The notes: generated from the sequence alone by a model not told the origin. A DNA stretch of 64,000 bases from Patescibacteria group bacterium (GCA_028710985.1 JAQTTB010000001.1:359397-423396); one strand, 5' to 3'. Numbered from the stretch's first letter, positions 10,018-19,087 are shown. Made by a program: numbers and translations.

Positions 10018-10725
10018 ATGTCCGGACACTCCAAGTGGGCAAACATAAAAAACCGAAAACAATCCGAGGACGCCAAAAAGGCCAAGGTTTTCACTAAAAT
10101 CGCGCGCACCATCACGGTCGCGGCGCGCGGCGGCGCCGATACGGCATCGAATTTTCAATTGCGCCTCGCGATTTCGCAGGCGCGCGCGGCCAACATGCCC
10201 CGCGAAAACGTTGACCGCGCCATTGCCCGCGCCACGGGTGAAGGCAAAGAACAGCTCGAAGAAGTGCTCTATGAGGCTTACGGCCCGTTCGGTATCGCGA
10301 TTTTGATTCAGGCATTGACCGATAACCGCAACCGCACGGTTTCCAATCTCAAACATATTTTTTCAAACTACGGCGGTTCGCTCGCCGGCGCCGGATCGGT
10401 AAAATACTTATTTGACCGCAAGGGCGTGGCGCGTGTCGCCTCGCTCGGTTCGGACCGCGAAGCCACGGAGCTCAAGCTCATTGATGGTGGGGCCGAAGAC
10501 ATTGCCGAGGAAGACGGGCTTTTCGTGATATATTCCGCGCCGGACAAACTCAAAAACATTCTCGCCGCGCTCGGCGATCTCGCGGTTGAATATTCGGGCC
10601 TGGAATGGATTGCCAAAGAGCGTATCGCGGTGAGCGACCCGGCGGTCAAGCAAAAACTTGAAGAATTGTATAATTCGCTCGATGAAGACGATGATGTCAA
10701 CGAATGGTACTCCAATGAAGCGTAA
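10018..10725 (+). CDS. yebC: YebC/PmpR family probable transcriptional regulator
   Basis: N-terminal MSGHSKWANIKNRK...NRNRTV is characteristic of the YebC family. It sits in the conserved yebC-ruvC arrangement. Confidence 0.9.
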   Translation: MSGHSKWANIKNRKQSEDAKKAKVFTKIARTITVAARGGADTASNFQLRLAISQARAANMPRENVDRAIARATGEGKEQLEEVLYEAYGPFGIAILIQALTDNRNRTVSNLKHIFSNYGGSLAGAGSVKYLFDRKGVARVASLGSDREATELKLIDGGAEDIAEEDGLFVIYSAPDKLKNILAALGDLAVEYSGLEWIAKERIAVSDPAVKQKLEELYNSLDEDDDVNEWYSNEA

Positions 10726-11203
10726 TTCAAAAATAATCCTGGGCATCGATCCGGGTTTTGCTCGCCTTGGCTGGGCCGTGATTGAGGACAGTGGTAAACT
10801 TGCGGCAATTGATTACGGCTGCATCGAAACATCCTCTCGGGACGAGCATGCCGGCCGGCTTCTAGAAATATCTCAAAGGCTCGATAAAATTATAAAAAAA
10901 TATAAGCCCGATATCGCGGGAATGGAAAAATTATTTTTTTCAAAAAACGTAAAAACCGCAATTCAGGTCGGCGAAGCGCGCGGCGCGATTTTGCTCACCC
11001 TCGCGAGCGCCGGAATTACACCGCTTGAATTCACGCCCGCGCAGATTAAACAGGCCGCCGCCGGATGGGGGAGCGCCGATAAGATTCAGATTCAGCGCAT
11101 GGTGAAAACCATTCTGAATCTCACCGAGATTCCGCGGCCCGATGATGCGGCCGACGCTCTGGCGATCGCGATTTGCGCCGCTACGACCAAGAAATTCAAT
11201 TAA
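10715..11203 (+). CDS. ruvC: crossover junction endodeoxyribonuclease RuvC
   Basis: ILGIDPGFARLGWAV... with acidic catalytic residues. The ATG at 10715 overlaps the yebC stop. The track's longer upstream start was rejected. Confidence 0.85.
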   Translation: MKRNSKIILGIDPGFARLGWAVIEDSGKLAAIDYGCIETSSRDEHAGRLLEISQRLDKIIKKYKPDIAGMEKLFFSKNVKTAIQVGEARGAILLTLASAGITPLEFTPAQIKQAAAGWGSADKIQIQRMVKTILNLTEIPRPDDAADALAIAICAATTKKFN

Positions 11204-11208
11204 AAAAT

Positions 11209-12132
11209 ATGAAACCAGAAATCCGCAAAGATTACATCCAGGAAAAATACGTGATTATCGCGCCGCGCCGCGGCAAGCGGCCGCACGAAATCGCGCCGCC
11301 CGAGTGTCTTTCCAGCCAGAAGAAAAAAACATGCGCTTTTTGTTCGCCGCGGATAGAGAAAGAAAAAGCTTTTCAGACGGTTGGCGGCCGGAAATGGAGG
11401 ATTAAAGTTCTGGAAAATAAATTTCCCGCGGTAACGCTCACGAATCCCCGCGCCTACGGCAAACAGGAGATTATCGTCGAAACGCCGGACCACGGACTTG
11501 AGCTTGAGGACTTGAGCGAACGCCAGATTGCCGATATTTTCCGGGTCTATTCCGACCGCACCGAGGCGATTTCCAAGAATAAAAAAATTGAATACATCCT
11601 GATTTTTAAAAATAACGGCGGTATAGCCGGCGCGTCGCTCGCGCACTCCCATTCGCAGATTTTTGCCACGCAATTTTTGCCGCCGCACCTCGGAGACAAA
11701 TGCCAAAAGGTCCAGGACTACAAGCTTCGCCATGGCCGGTGCGTCTTCTGTGACGTGATCCGCAAAGAATCGCGCGGACCGCGCCGCGTCTTCCATGGCC
11801 GGCACGTTGTCGCTTTTGCGCCGTACGCTTCAATGCACAATTACGAAGTCTGGATACTGCCCCGCCGCCACATTGATAACATTTCCGATCTAAACGACAA
11901 GGAGCGCCTTGAATGGGCGCGCGTCCTCAAGAAAATATTGCGCCAGATTTCCAAACTCGGCTTACCATATAATTTTTATTTTCATCAGGTTGTCTACGAC
12001 GAGGACCAGCATCTTTACATGAAGATTACGCCGCGGGGGAGCGTCTGGGCCGGCGTGGAAATCGGCTCCGGGCTCATCATCAATCCGGTCGCGCCTGAAG
12101 AAGCGGCTAAATTCTACCGAAAAGCATTCTAA
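11209..12132 (+). CDS. HIT-superfamily GalT-like nucleotidyltransferase (galactose-1-phosphate uridylyltransferase / ApA-phosphorylase-like)
   Basis: CxxC zinc motif (CAFCSP) and an HxHxQ-type active site (AHSHSQIF). Start chosen at the ATG at 11209, which gives a 5-nt gap after ruvC. Confidence 0.65.
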   Translation: MKPEIRKDYIQEKYVIIAPRRGKRPHEIAPPECLSSQKKKTCAFCSPRIEKEKAFQTVGGRKWRIKVLENKFPAVTLTNPRAYGKQEIIVETPDHGLELEDLSERQIADIFRVYSDRTEAISKNKKIEYILIFKNNGGIAGASLAHSHSQIFATQFLPPHLGDKCQKVQDYKLRHGRCVFCDVIRKESRGPRRVFHGRHVVAFAPYASMHNYEVWILPRRHIDNISDLNDKERLEWARVLKKILRQISKLGLPYNFYFHQVVYDEDQHLYMKITPRGSVWAGVEIGSGLIINPVAPEEAAKFYRKAF

Positions 12133-12145
12133 AATCAATTGAAAA

Positions 12146-12172
12146 ATCCTCCCGTTCGCGGGGGGATTTTTT
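12146..12172. terminator. rho-independent terminator (CCTCCCG-TTCG-CGGGGGG plus a T-run), possibly bidirectional
   Basis: atcctcccgttcgcggggggat followed by ttttttg. It lies between convergent genes. Confidence 0.6.
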
Positions 12173-12207
12173 GATATAGCGTAAACTGGATCGCCTCTGA
12201 TTAGGGT

Positions 12208-12897
12208 TTATTTTATAAGCAGTTTCGCGTACCTTCTCACTTCTCGCTTCCATGAATTCGAATCCGTGGTATCAATTTCAGCAAAAATCGGGAATGGAAA
12301 CTTTTTAATAATCCACTTACCGCCCTCTTGATTAACCCAACGATAATGATGGGGAGTGCGGCGCCACATCTCGCGAATCTTCACGGCAGCGCCCTTCGAT
12401 TGTTCGCTTCCTTGCCACCTGGACTTCGCGCCGCCAAAGAAGTCGTCAGCACTATCGTGGTAGGTTGCGGTAATTACGCGTCCAACTATGACATCAATGT
12501 CGCAATGAGTACGAACGAAAACAAGGCGAACGCCTGCTTTTTGCGCTTTTTCGCGAGCACTGGCGCGATTCTTCGCATCCACGAAGTCCGAATCGAGGAT
12601 AACATTACCGCCTCGTTTTAAAACTTCAAGCGCGGCATTTTCACCGATAGCACGGACTCGCTCATAGCATTCGTTTTGTTTGCGAAGTTCAATACGAATG
12701 TCGTCGCCCTTGATAATCGTCGCACCGATGTGCTTGGCAAGTTCTTGCGCCACCGTGCTCTTGCCAGAACCGACGAGGCCGATAATGGCCACGATGGTCG
12801 GCTTTTTAGACTTGCGTTTCTTGACGCTAAGCATTGACAAGAAAGATTCTTGGGCGCGTTGCTCTCTTTGTGTAAATTTTTTGTGTTCGTGAACCAT
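12208..12897 (-). CDS. P-loop NTPase / AAA_33-like kinase (zeta-toxin-like fold is possible)
   Basis: Walker A GLVGSGKST. Start placed at MVHEHKK (12897), so the ORF does not overlap the 12947 hairpin. Confidence 0.55.
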   Translation of the reverse strand: MVHEHKKFTQREQRAQESFLSMLSVKKRKSKKPTIVAIIGLVGSGKSTVAQELAKHIGATIIKGDDIRIELRKQNECYERVRAIGENAALEVLKRGGNVILDSDFVDAKNRASAREKAQKAGVRLVFVRTHCDIDVIVGRVITATYHDSADDFFGGAKSRWQGSEQSKGAAVKIREMWRRTPHHYRWVNQEGGKWIIKKFPFPIFAEIDTTDSNSWKREVRRYAKLLIK

Positions 12898-12964
12898 ACT
12901 GTAAATCTTAAGTAAAATATTTGAGTTGTCGATTTTAATTTGGAGCCCGCCAAAGGCGGACAAA

Positions 12965-12982
12965 AGCGGGCGACCGGAATCC
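12965..12982 (-). repeat. partial copy of the tRNA-Gly 3' end (T-loop through acceptor: agcgggcgaccggaatcc)
   Basis: Identical to 13076-13093 of the intact tRNA-Gly up to the T-loop. It lies 100 nt downstream of the gene. Confidence 0.7.
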
Positions 12983-13024
12983 CTGCCTTCGCCCCTCGAT
13001 AAGCTCGGGGCTACGGCAGGCAGG
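12982..13024. repeat. palindrome-family variant: CCTGCC + 27-nt internal segment + GGCAGGCAGG
   Basis: cctgcc-ttcgcccctcgataagctcggggctac-ggcaggcagg. The termini equal the arms of the 20-nt palindrome. Confidence 0.55.
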
Positions 13025-13075
13025 AAACCGGCATTCTATTTCGAGGATCCCGATCGGGTTGTTTAAAAAATTATC

Positions 13076-13147
13076 AGCGGGCGACCGGAATCGAACCGGC
13101 ATCTTCAGCTTGGAAGGCTAACATAATAGCCATTATACGACGCCCGC
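13076..13147 (-). tRNA. tRNA-Gly (anticodon TCC)
   Basis: Manual fold: GCGGGCG acceptor, anticodon loop CTTCCAA, T-arm GCCGG-TTCGATT-CCGGT, discriminator U, no encoded CCA. Leader and trailer form an extended inverted repeat (aaaaaattatca / tgataatttttt and ttcgaggatccc / gggatcctcgaa). Confidence 0.85.
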
Positions 13148-13222
13148 TGATAATTTTTTAAGGACTCTTACGGGCGGGATCCTCGAAAATTCAACCTCGC
13201 TTCGCTTCGGGAATTTTCGGGA

Positions 13223-13248
13223 GAAGGCTAACGTAATAGCCATTATAC
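13223..13248 (-). repeat. partial copy of tRNA-Gly positions about 10-35 (D-arm to anticodon loop), joined directly to the 20-nt palindrome
   Basis: gaaggctaacgtaatagccattatac matches 13113-13138 with 1 mismatch. The copy ends within the anticodon loop. Confidence 0.7.
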
Positions 13249-13267
13249 CTGCCTGCCGGCAGGCAGG
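13248..13267. repeat. 20-nt perfect palindrome CCTGCCTGCCGGCAGGCAGG
   Basis: Exact self-complementary 20-mer. Confidence 0.9.
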
Positions 13268-13279
13268 CGACACTCGCGA

Positions 13280-14269
13280 TTAAAATGCTGATCCAATAAT
13301 GCGATTAAGGATTTGCTTATATGATAATCCCTCATTGATTAACAGTCGTGGGAACATCGAAATGTCTGTAAAACCTGGAAGCGTGTTAATTTCATTTATA
13401 TAAACACGATTGTTATTTATAAAAAAATCGATTCGCGCAAAGCCGCGGCAGTCGCAAAGCCGATAAGCGCGTGAGGCGTAATTTAGAATTATGGAGGCTT
13501 GAGAGGTAGTCAATTTTGCTGGAATATTAATTTGCGTTTTATTGAGTTTATATTTGTCATCAAAATCGTAAAATTCATTTACCGGCACTATTTCGCCGGG
13601 TTTAGAAATCAGCGGGTCATGATTGCCTATAACCGCTACTTCAATTTCTTGCGGATTTTTAAGCCCCTGCTCAATCAATATTTTCTGATCATGCCGTCGG
13701 GCTTTGTTTATCGCCGCTGGCAGTTGAGAAAAACTATTAACTCTCGAAATTCCGATTGAAGATCCGGAGTTTGAAGGTTTTACAAAAATTGGCAAGTTAA
13801 AGGTTTTTTTAATTTTTTTTAATTTAATATCAATTTCTTTTTTTGAAAGAGTAGAATAATCAATTGATGCGAATCTGACTTGAGGGATACGATTATATTT
13901 AATAAAATTTTTAAAAAAAGATTTATCCATGCAAAGAGCCGAAGACAGAACGCGGCAGCCGCAATATTTGATGCCGCAATTTTCGAGCATGGCCTGCAAT
14001 ATCCCATCCTCGCCAAAACGGCCATGCGTTATGGGAAATGCAATATCAATAATTTTTTTAAAATCTTTTAATTCAATTTTTTTCAAACCAAGACGTGAAA
14101 GGTTATTGAAATTTTTTACAATATTGAATTCTCCATTTTTCCGCCAATACATTAACACCAGTGAGTATTTTTTAAAATCAAAGTTCTCGGCAATATTCTT
14201 CGCGGAAATTATGGATATATCCGATTCATTCCCCGGACCGCCAAGGATTAAACCTATTCTTTTTTTCAT
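13280..14269 (-). CDS. ddl: D-alanine--D-alanine ligase
   Basis: ATP-grasp Ddl layout: N-terminal GGxxxE..., a central ATP-grasp region and a C-terminal ...EINTLPGFT motif. GC is about 30%, far below its surroundings. Confidence 0.85.
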   Translation of the reverse strand: MKKRIGLILGGPGNESDISIISAKNIAENFDFKKYSLVLMYWRKNGEFNIVKNFNNLSRLGLKKIELKDFKKIIDIAFPITHGRFGEDGILQAMLENCGIKYCGCRVLSSALCMDKSFFKNFIKYNRIPQVRFASIDYSTLSKKEIDIKLKKIKKTFNLPIFVKPSNSGSSIGISRVNSFSQLPAAINKARRHDQKILIEQGLKNPQEIEVAVIGNHDPLISKPGEIVPVNEFYDFDDKYKLNKTQINIPAKLTTSQASIILNYASRAYRLCDCRGFARIDFFINNNRVYINEINTLPGFTDISMFPRLLINEGLSYKQILNRIIGSAF

Positions 14270-14277
14270 ATAAACTT

Positions 14278-14340
14278 TGGTCGGGGATGAGAGACTCGAA
14301 CTCTCGACCTTCCCGACCCAACGTCGGGACGCGCTACGAA
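14278..14340 (-). pseudogene. tRNA-Pro-derived fragment (D-stem 3' strand through CCA) with the anticodon arm replaced by a GTCCCGAC-GTTGG-GTCGGGA hairpin; no 5' acceptor strand
   Basis: TAGCGCG...AGGTCGAGAGTTCGAGTCTCTCATCCCCGACCA is identical to the intact tRNA-Pro. Upstream sequence cannot pair with the acceptor 3' strand. Confidence 0.7.
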
Positions 14341-14354
14341 TTATTTATTACAGA

Positions 14355-14395
14355 TGGTCGGGGCGGTGAGATTTGAACTCACGATCTCATGCTCC
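14355..14395 (-). pseudogene. 3' half of a split tRNA-Pro: GGA-GCATG-AGATC-GTGAG-TTCAAAT-CTCAC-CGCCCCG-A-CCA
   Basis: Pairs perfectly with the 5' half at 14510-14544 (see findings). Confidence 0.75.
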
Positions 14396-14509
14396 CCCGC
14401 CTGCCGTCGCCTTGGTCGGGGATGAGAGACTCGAACTCTCGACCTCCTGCTCCCAAAGCAGGCGCGCTACCAACTGCGCTAATCCCCGGCTCAGGCCATG
14501 GCGGGCAGG
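14396..14509 (-). mobile_element. 114-nt insertion splitting a tRNA-Pro in its anticodon loop; it carries a complete tRNA-Pro(TGG) and ends in CCCGCCTGCC...GGCGGGCAGG
   Basis: Boundaries defined by where the two tRNA halves stop pairing. Mobility is inferred. Confidence 0.45.
14413..14488 (-). tRNA. tRNA-Pro (anticodon TGG), CCA encoded
   Basis: CGGGGAT-TA-GCGC-AGTTGGTA-GCGC-G-CCTGC-TTTGGGA-GCAGG-AGGTC-GAGAG-TTCGAGT-CTCTC-ATCCCCG-A-CCA. C1:G72 and A73 are Pro identity elements. Confidence 0.9.
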
Positions 14510-14544
14510 CAAAGCATGCGCCTTAGCCGCTAGGCCACGCCCCG
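14510..14544 (-). pseudogene. 5' half of the split tRNA-Pro: CGGGGCG-TG-GCCT-AGCGGCTA-AGGC-G-CATGC-TTTG
   Basis: Acceptor, D-arm and anticodon-stem 5' strand. Complements 14355-14395. Confidence 0.75.
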
Positions 14545-14626
14545 GATAAATTTATTCTAATAATAGCAGAAATCACTAAATAAATCAAGATGCCCGGCTG
14601 GATTTTTTTGCTAAGATAAGCCATTT

Positions 14627-14662
14627 TAAAACCGTTCCGACAATTTGCCGGAACGGTTTTTT
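14627..14662. terminator. bidirectional rho-independent terminator downstream of tRNA-Phe
   Basis: aaaaccgttccg-acaatttgc-cggaacggtttttt: a 12-bp stem flanked by an A-run and a T-run. Confidence 0.65.
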
Positions 14663-14674
14663 GAAAATCCGTAA

Positions 14675-14746
14675 ATGCCTGGGGACAGAATTGAACTGTC
14701 GACACGTGGATTTTCAGTCCACTGCTCTACCACTGAGCTACCCAGG
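14675..14746 (-). tRNA. tRNA-Phe (anticodon GAA)
   Basis: GCCTGGG-TA-GCTC-AGTGGTA-GAGC-A-GTGGA-CTGAAAA-TCCAC-GTGTC-GACAG-TTCAATT-CTGTC-CCCAGGC-A. Confidence 0.9.
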
Positions 14747-14767
14747 CCCAGGGCTTTATAAAATTGA

Positions 14768-14844
14768 TGGTGGGCGCACGTGGACTCGAACCACGGACCT
14801 CGTCATTATCAGTGACGCGCTCTAACCAGCTGAGCTATGCGCCC
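14768..14844 (-). tRNA. tRNA-Ile (anticodon GAT), CCA encoded
   Basis: GGGCGCA-TA-GCTC-AGCTGGTTA-GAGC-G-CGTCA-CTGATAA-TGACG-AGGTC-CGTGG-TTCGAGT-CCACG-TGCGCCC-A-CCA. This is the classic tRNA that follows 16S in rrn operons. Confidence 0.9.
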
Positions 14845-15092
14845 AATATGTCATGGCTGATTCTTGCTTGTAAAAAGCGCCTCCCAAATCCGGTCTTAAA
14901 ATATTTTTCTCGCTTAAGGGCAAGTTCTTTGCTCAGGCAGGCTTCATAATATACCAGTTTCAATGGACGGCGTATTCGCGTTGAGTCCACTTTGCCCAAC
15001 GCATGCTCTTGGCAGCGTTTTTTTAAATCATCCGTAAAACCGATATAAAATTTCTTATCTTTTAAACTTAATAAAACGTAGGTAAAAAACAT
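14835..15092 (-). CDS. GIY-YIG nuclease family protein (85 aa)
   Basis: YVLLSLKDKKFYIGFTDDLKKRCQEH matches the GIY-YIG motif. Its 3' end overlaps the tRNA-Ile 5' end by about 10 nt. Confidence 0.7.
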   Translation of the reverse strand: MFFTYVLLSLKDKKFYIGFTDDLKKRCQEHALGKVDSTRIRRPLKLVYYEACLSKELALKREKYFKTGFGRRFLQARISHDILGA

Positions 15093-15107
15093 TATTCGCG
15101 AGTCCTC

Positions 15108-15488
15108 CTATGCACCCTTGGTTTCCAGGGTGACATTGATATTGGATGGATTGAATTTGTCCTGTATGTATTCTTTGATTTTATTCGGAGTATCCGAGCT
15201 GCCGCAGGTCAGAATGTCGATTGAGCAGTAGCCGTATTCTGGCCAGGTATAAATCGCGGCGTGGGATTCTTCCAGTATCGCGACTGCCGAGACCCCCTGG
15301 TGTTTAGTCAGCTCGCCGTTGAAAATTTTGTGATGGTAGTCAACAAAATTTACCAAATGTAAGCCGGCTTTGCTTATGGCAGATGTCAGAGTTTCTTTGA
15401 TTAGATTTCGGTCATTGAGCAATTGTTCGTTGACCCCATAGAACTCGGCGTAAAGATGATAGAGCCGAGGCGTATAGAGTTGTTCCAT
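15108..15488 (-). CDS. speH: S-adenosylmethionine decarboxylase proenzyme (class 1b, pyruvoyl)
   Basis: The self-cleavage motif ILEESHAAIYTWPEYGY is present. Size is about 126 aa. Confidence 0.85.
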   Translation of the reverse strand: MEQLYTPRLYHLYAEFYGVNEQLLNDRNLIKETLTSAISKAGLHLVNFVDYHHKIFNGELTKHQGVSAVAILEESHAAIYTWPEYGYCSIDILTCGSSDTPNKIKEYIQDKFNPSNINVTLETKGA

Positions 15489-15677
15489 TTCTTTATCCTC
15501 AATATTGGCGCGGCGGAAAGGCCCGTCAATATAAAAAAGACTATAAATTATGTAGCTACAGTATATTAATTTTCTGTAAGGATCGCAAGAGACTTTGTCC
15601 CTGTGGATACATAATTTAAAGCCTTCTCAACTTAGAAAGTGATAGGATTTCCTTCTTTGGGATATTTACTCCCTAGA

Positions 15678-17175
<1,498 letters not shown>

Positions 17176-17430
17176 TGTTGTTACTTTGAGCTTACGGGGA
17201 AATTCTCGTTGGGCTCAAAGTGATGATATTTTGTTGTGATGTGAATCTGCCGTCAGGCAGATTCGAGGAATCCTATCACTTTCTAAATTGGAAAAGAGCT
17301 AAACTTAGCTTTTTTTAATTGCTCCAATATGATATACCAAGCGCAATTGTATGTCAAGAGCTTAAAATGGTCAAGTCCAAGGCGTATTTTAGCCAAAAAA
17401 TGGTATGGGTCGCATATATGCGAGCCATGC

Positions 17431-17458
17431 AAAAAAAGTCCTCCGCGGGGCGGAGGAC
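17431..17458 (-). terminator. rho-independent terminator after the 17476-17955 gene (GTCCTCCGC-GGGG-CGGAGGAC plus a T-run in minus sense)
   Basis: Hairpin preceded by an A-run on the plus strand. Confidence 0.6.
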
Positions 17459-17475
17459 AGGGGGAGGGCGGAAGG

Positions 17476-17955
17476 TCAGATGAAGCGCGCTCCGAGTCCC
17501 GAGATGAGCCGAGTGCAGAACACCCTGAGTTCCGAGGGCGACTTGCGTTTCGCGCAGTCAATCTCGTAGGCTGAGAGGGCGCTGGCGTAGGCAGTTGGAC
17601 TGACGCGGTGGCTCGTGACGAGCTTCGCCGCCTGCGATGGCAGTCCGCCGTCAATCGCTGAAGCGATGGCGCGTTCGGCCCACTGATCCACGATCGATCC
17701 GAACTGCCAGCGATCGCCGAGCGCAACGAGGCGTCCCCAGTCTCCCGTTTTCTCGAGAACCCGGATATTCATTAGCAGAATATTGGTGAGTCCCAGAATA
17801 TTCCACCAGGTCATTTCATAGCGGTTGCGGTCGATGCCGAGGTGAAAGAGAAAGCGCTTGAACTCGAACCCGTTCGTCGGATGGCGCGTCCGCCACTTGA
17901 TCGCCTCTTGCTTGAAACCCTCGGTGTTTATTTCGCCTGTGAATTCTTCGCTCAT
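17476..17955 (-). CDS. hypothetical protein (159 aa); first gene of the GC-rich island
   Basis: GGAGGAGTG-ATG RBS and a terminator downstream. GC about 62%. Confidence 0.5.
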   Translation of the reverse strand: MSEEFTGEINTEGFKQEAIKWRTRHPTNGFEFKRFLFHLGIDRNRYEMTWWNILGLTNILLMNIRVLEKTGDWGRLVALGDRWQFGSIVDQWAERAIASAIDGGLPSQAAKLVTSHRVSPTAYASALSAYEIDCAKRKSPSELRVFCTRLISGLGARFI

Positions 17956-18135
17956 CACTCCTCCTTGCGAAATGTTTCCCCCCGAAAAGAACCAAGATGC
18001 CGAATAGTATAATATAATATTTTATTATTGTCAATGGAAAAATAAAACAGCCGCATTTGGCTGTTTTTCCGCATGAGCCGTGAATCATCTGTACCATCGG
18101 AATTACTTGTTCATCCAATACCGATAATTATTAAT

Positions 18136-18178
18136 TCGCGTCTCATGTGGAGGCACGATCAAGCGATCATGCCAGTGG
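18136..18178 (-). repeat. island-specific intergenic element, copy 1 (hairpin plus TCCACATGAGACGC); copy 2 is at 19021-19063
   Basis: gcgtctcatgtggaggca(c/t)ga...tcatgccagt is conserved between two intergenic spacers of the island. Confidence 0.55.
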
Positions 18179-18212
18179 GAAGGAGCTTGGGGTTGAGGTG
18201 GCGGGGAATGTC

Positions 18213-18686
18213 CTAGATATCGGAGACATCGACGAGCATGTCTTCGGACATGTCTTTGATGTGCATCTCTTTTTGCCAGTCCCTGTATGTGTCCTCCAGA
18301 ATGGACGTGTCACGGCCAGCAGAACGCAGGTACTCTTCGTATGCCAGGCACTCTTCGATCTTGTCCTTGTCCTCGTGGGGCTCCATGCTCTCGCACCACT
18401 CGTAGAAATCCTCATCCCCCTCGTCGCTCATCTGTTCCAGGGCCACGCGGCCAGTCATCTTGAGTTCCACGCGCGCGGACTGACGGTCGGCGCGGAAGTA
18501 GCGGTTTCGAATCGCGTGTAACTTTTTCCGCCCGGCGTTGCTCTTCTCTTCAGTGAAGAGATAGTTTCTCCGCTTCCACTCAGCGAAGAGATGGTCTATC
18601 TGCTTCCGCCGATTGCTGAGACGGTGTGGGCATCTTCTGACTTCGATATCCATGTTGTCCTCCTCGATACTTGCATTGGAGCGCAA
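18213..18686 (-). CDS. hypothetical acidic protein (about 146-157 aa)
   Basis: ORF only. Codon usage matches the island. Confidence 0.4.
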   Translation of the reverse strand: MRSNASIEEDNMDIEVRRCPHRLSNRRKQIDHLFAEWKRRNYLFTEEKSNAGRKKLHAIRNRYFRADRQSARVELKMTGRVALEQMSDEGDEDFYEWCESMEPHEDKDKIEECLAYEEYLRSAGRDTSILEDTYRDWQKEMHIKDMSEDMLVDVSDI

Positions 18687-18737
18687 TCAAGCAATCCTAG
18701 CACGAATTGCCAAATTGCACAAGGGCGCCGGGTTCGG

Positions 18738-18974
18738 TCAGGCTTCGGGCCTTGGCCGGCTCGCCAGGGCGATGCCGATGGAAATCGGCCAGAGCAGGGT
18801 GAACAGCATGGCCGCGCCCAGGCTCTTGAAGAACAGGTTGTCCTTCTTCGGCCGGTTCGGGAGATCGCGCAGCCGGATGCCGCCGACCTTGAGCTCCAGG
18901 CCGATGATGACCATGGCGCCGATCGTGTACCAGACCGAAAAGATCAGGATGGCAACGTAGATTACGAGCTCCAT
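18738..18974 (-). CDS. small membrane protein (78 aa, 2 predicted TM helices)
   Basis: AAGGAGG RBS 5 nt upstream and two hydrophobic segments. Confidence 0.45.
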   Translation of the reverse strand: MELVIYVAILIFSVWYTIGAMVIIGLELKVGGIRLRDLPNRPKKDNLFFKSLGAAMLFTLLWPISIGIALASRPRPEA

Positions 18975-19020
18975 GAAATCCTCCTTGTTATTATGTCCGC
19001 ATCAGCCGCCGATTTGCATC

Positions 19021-19063
19021 AGCGTCTCATGTGGAGGCATGACGTAAGAATGTCATGCCAGTT
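19021..19063 (-). repeat. island-specific intergenic element, copy 2
   Basis: See 18136-18178. Confidence 0.55.
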
Positions 19064-19087
19064 AGGTGGGTAGGAAAGAGCGGATTG

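Noticed and set aside
11173-11208. The track's longer start for the GalT-like gene (11173) and the longer start for ruvC (10658)
   Set aside because: They would overlap the upstream genes extensively. Internal ATGs at 11209 and 10715 give the conserved N-termini and normal spacing.
14396-14509. Interpreting the tRNA-Pro interruption as a group I intron or an archaeal-type bulge-helix-bulge intron
   Set aside because: 114 nt is far too short for a group I intron. Bacteria lack the splicing endonuclease. The interruption contains a complete tRNA and palindrome-like ends, which points to an insertion instead.
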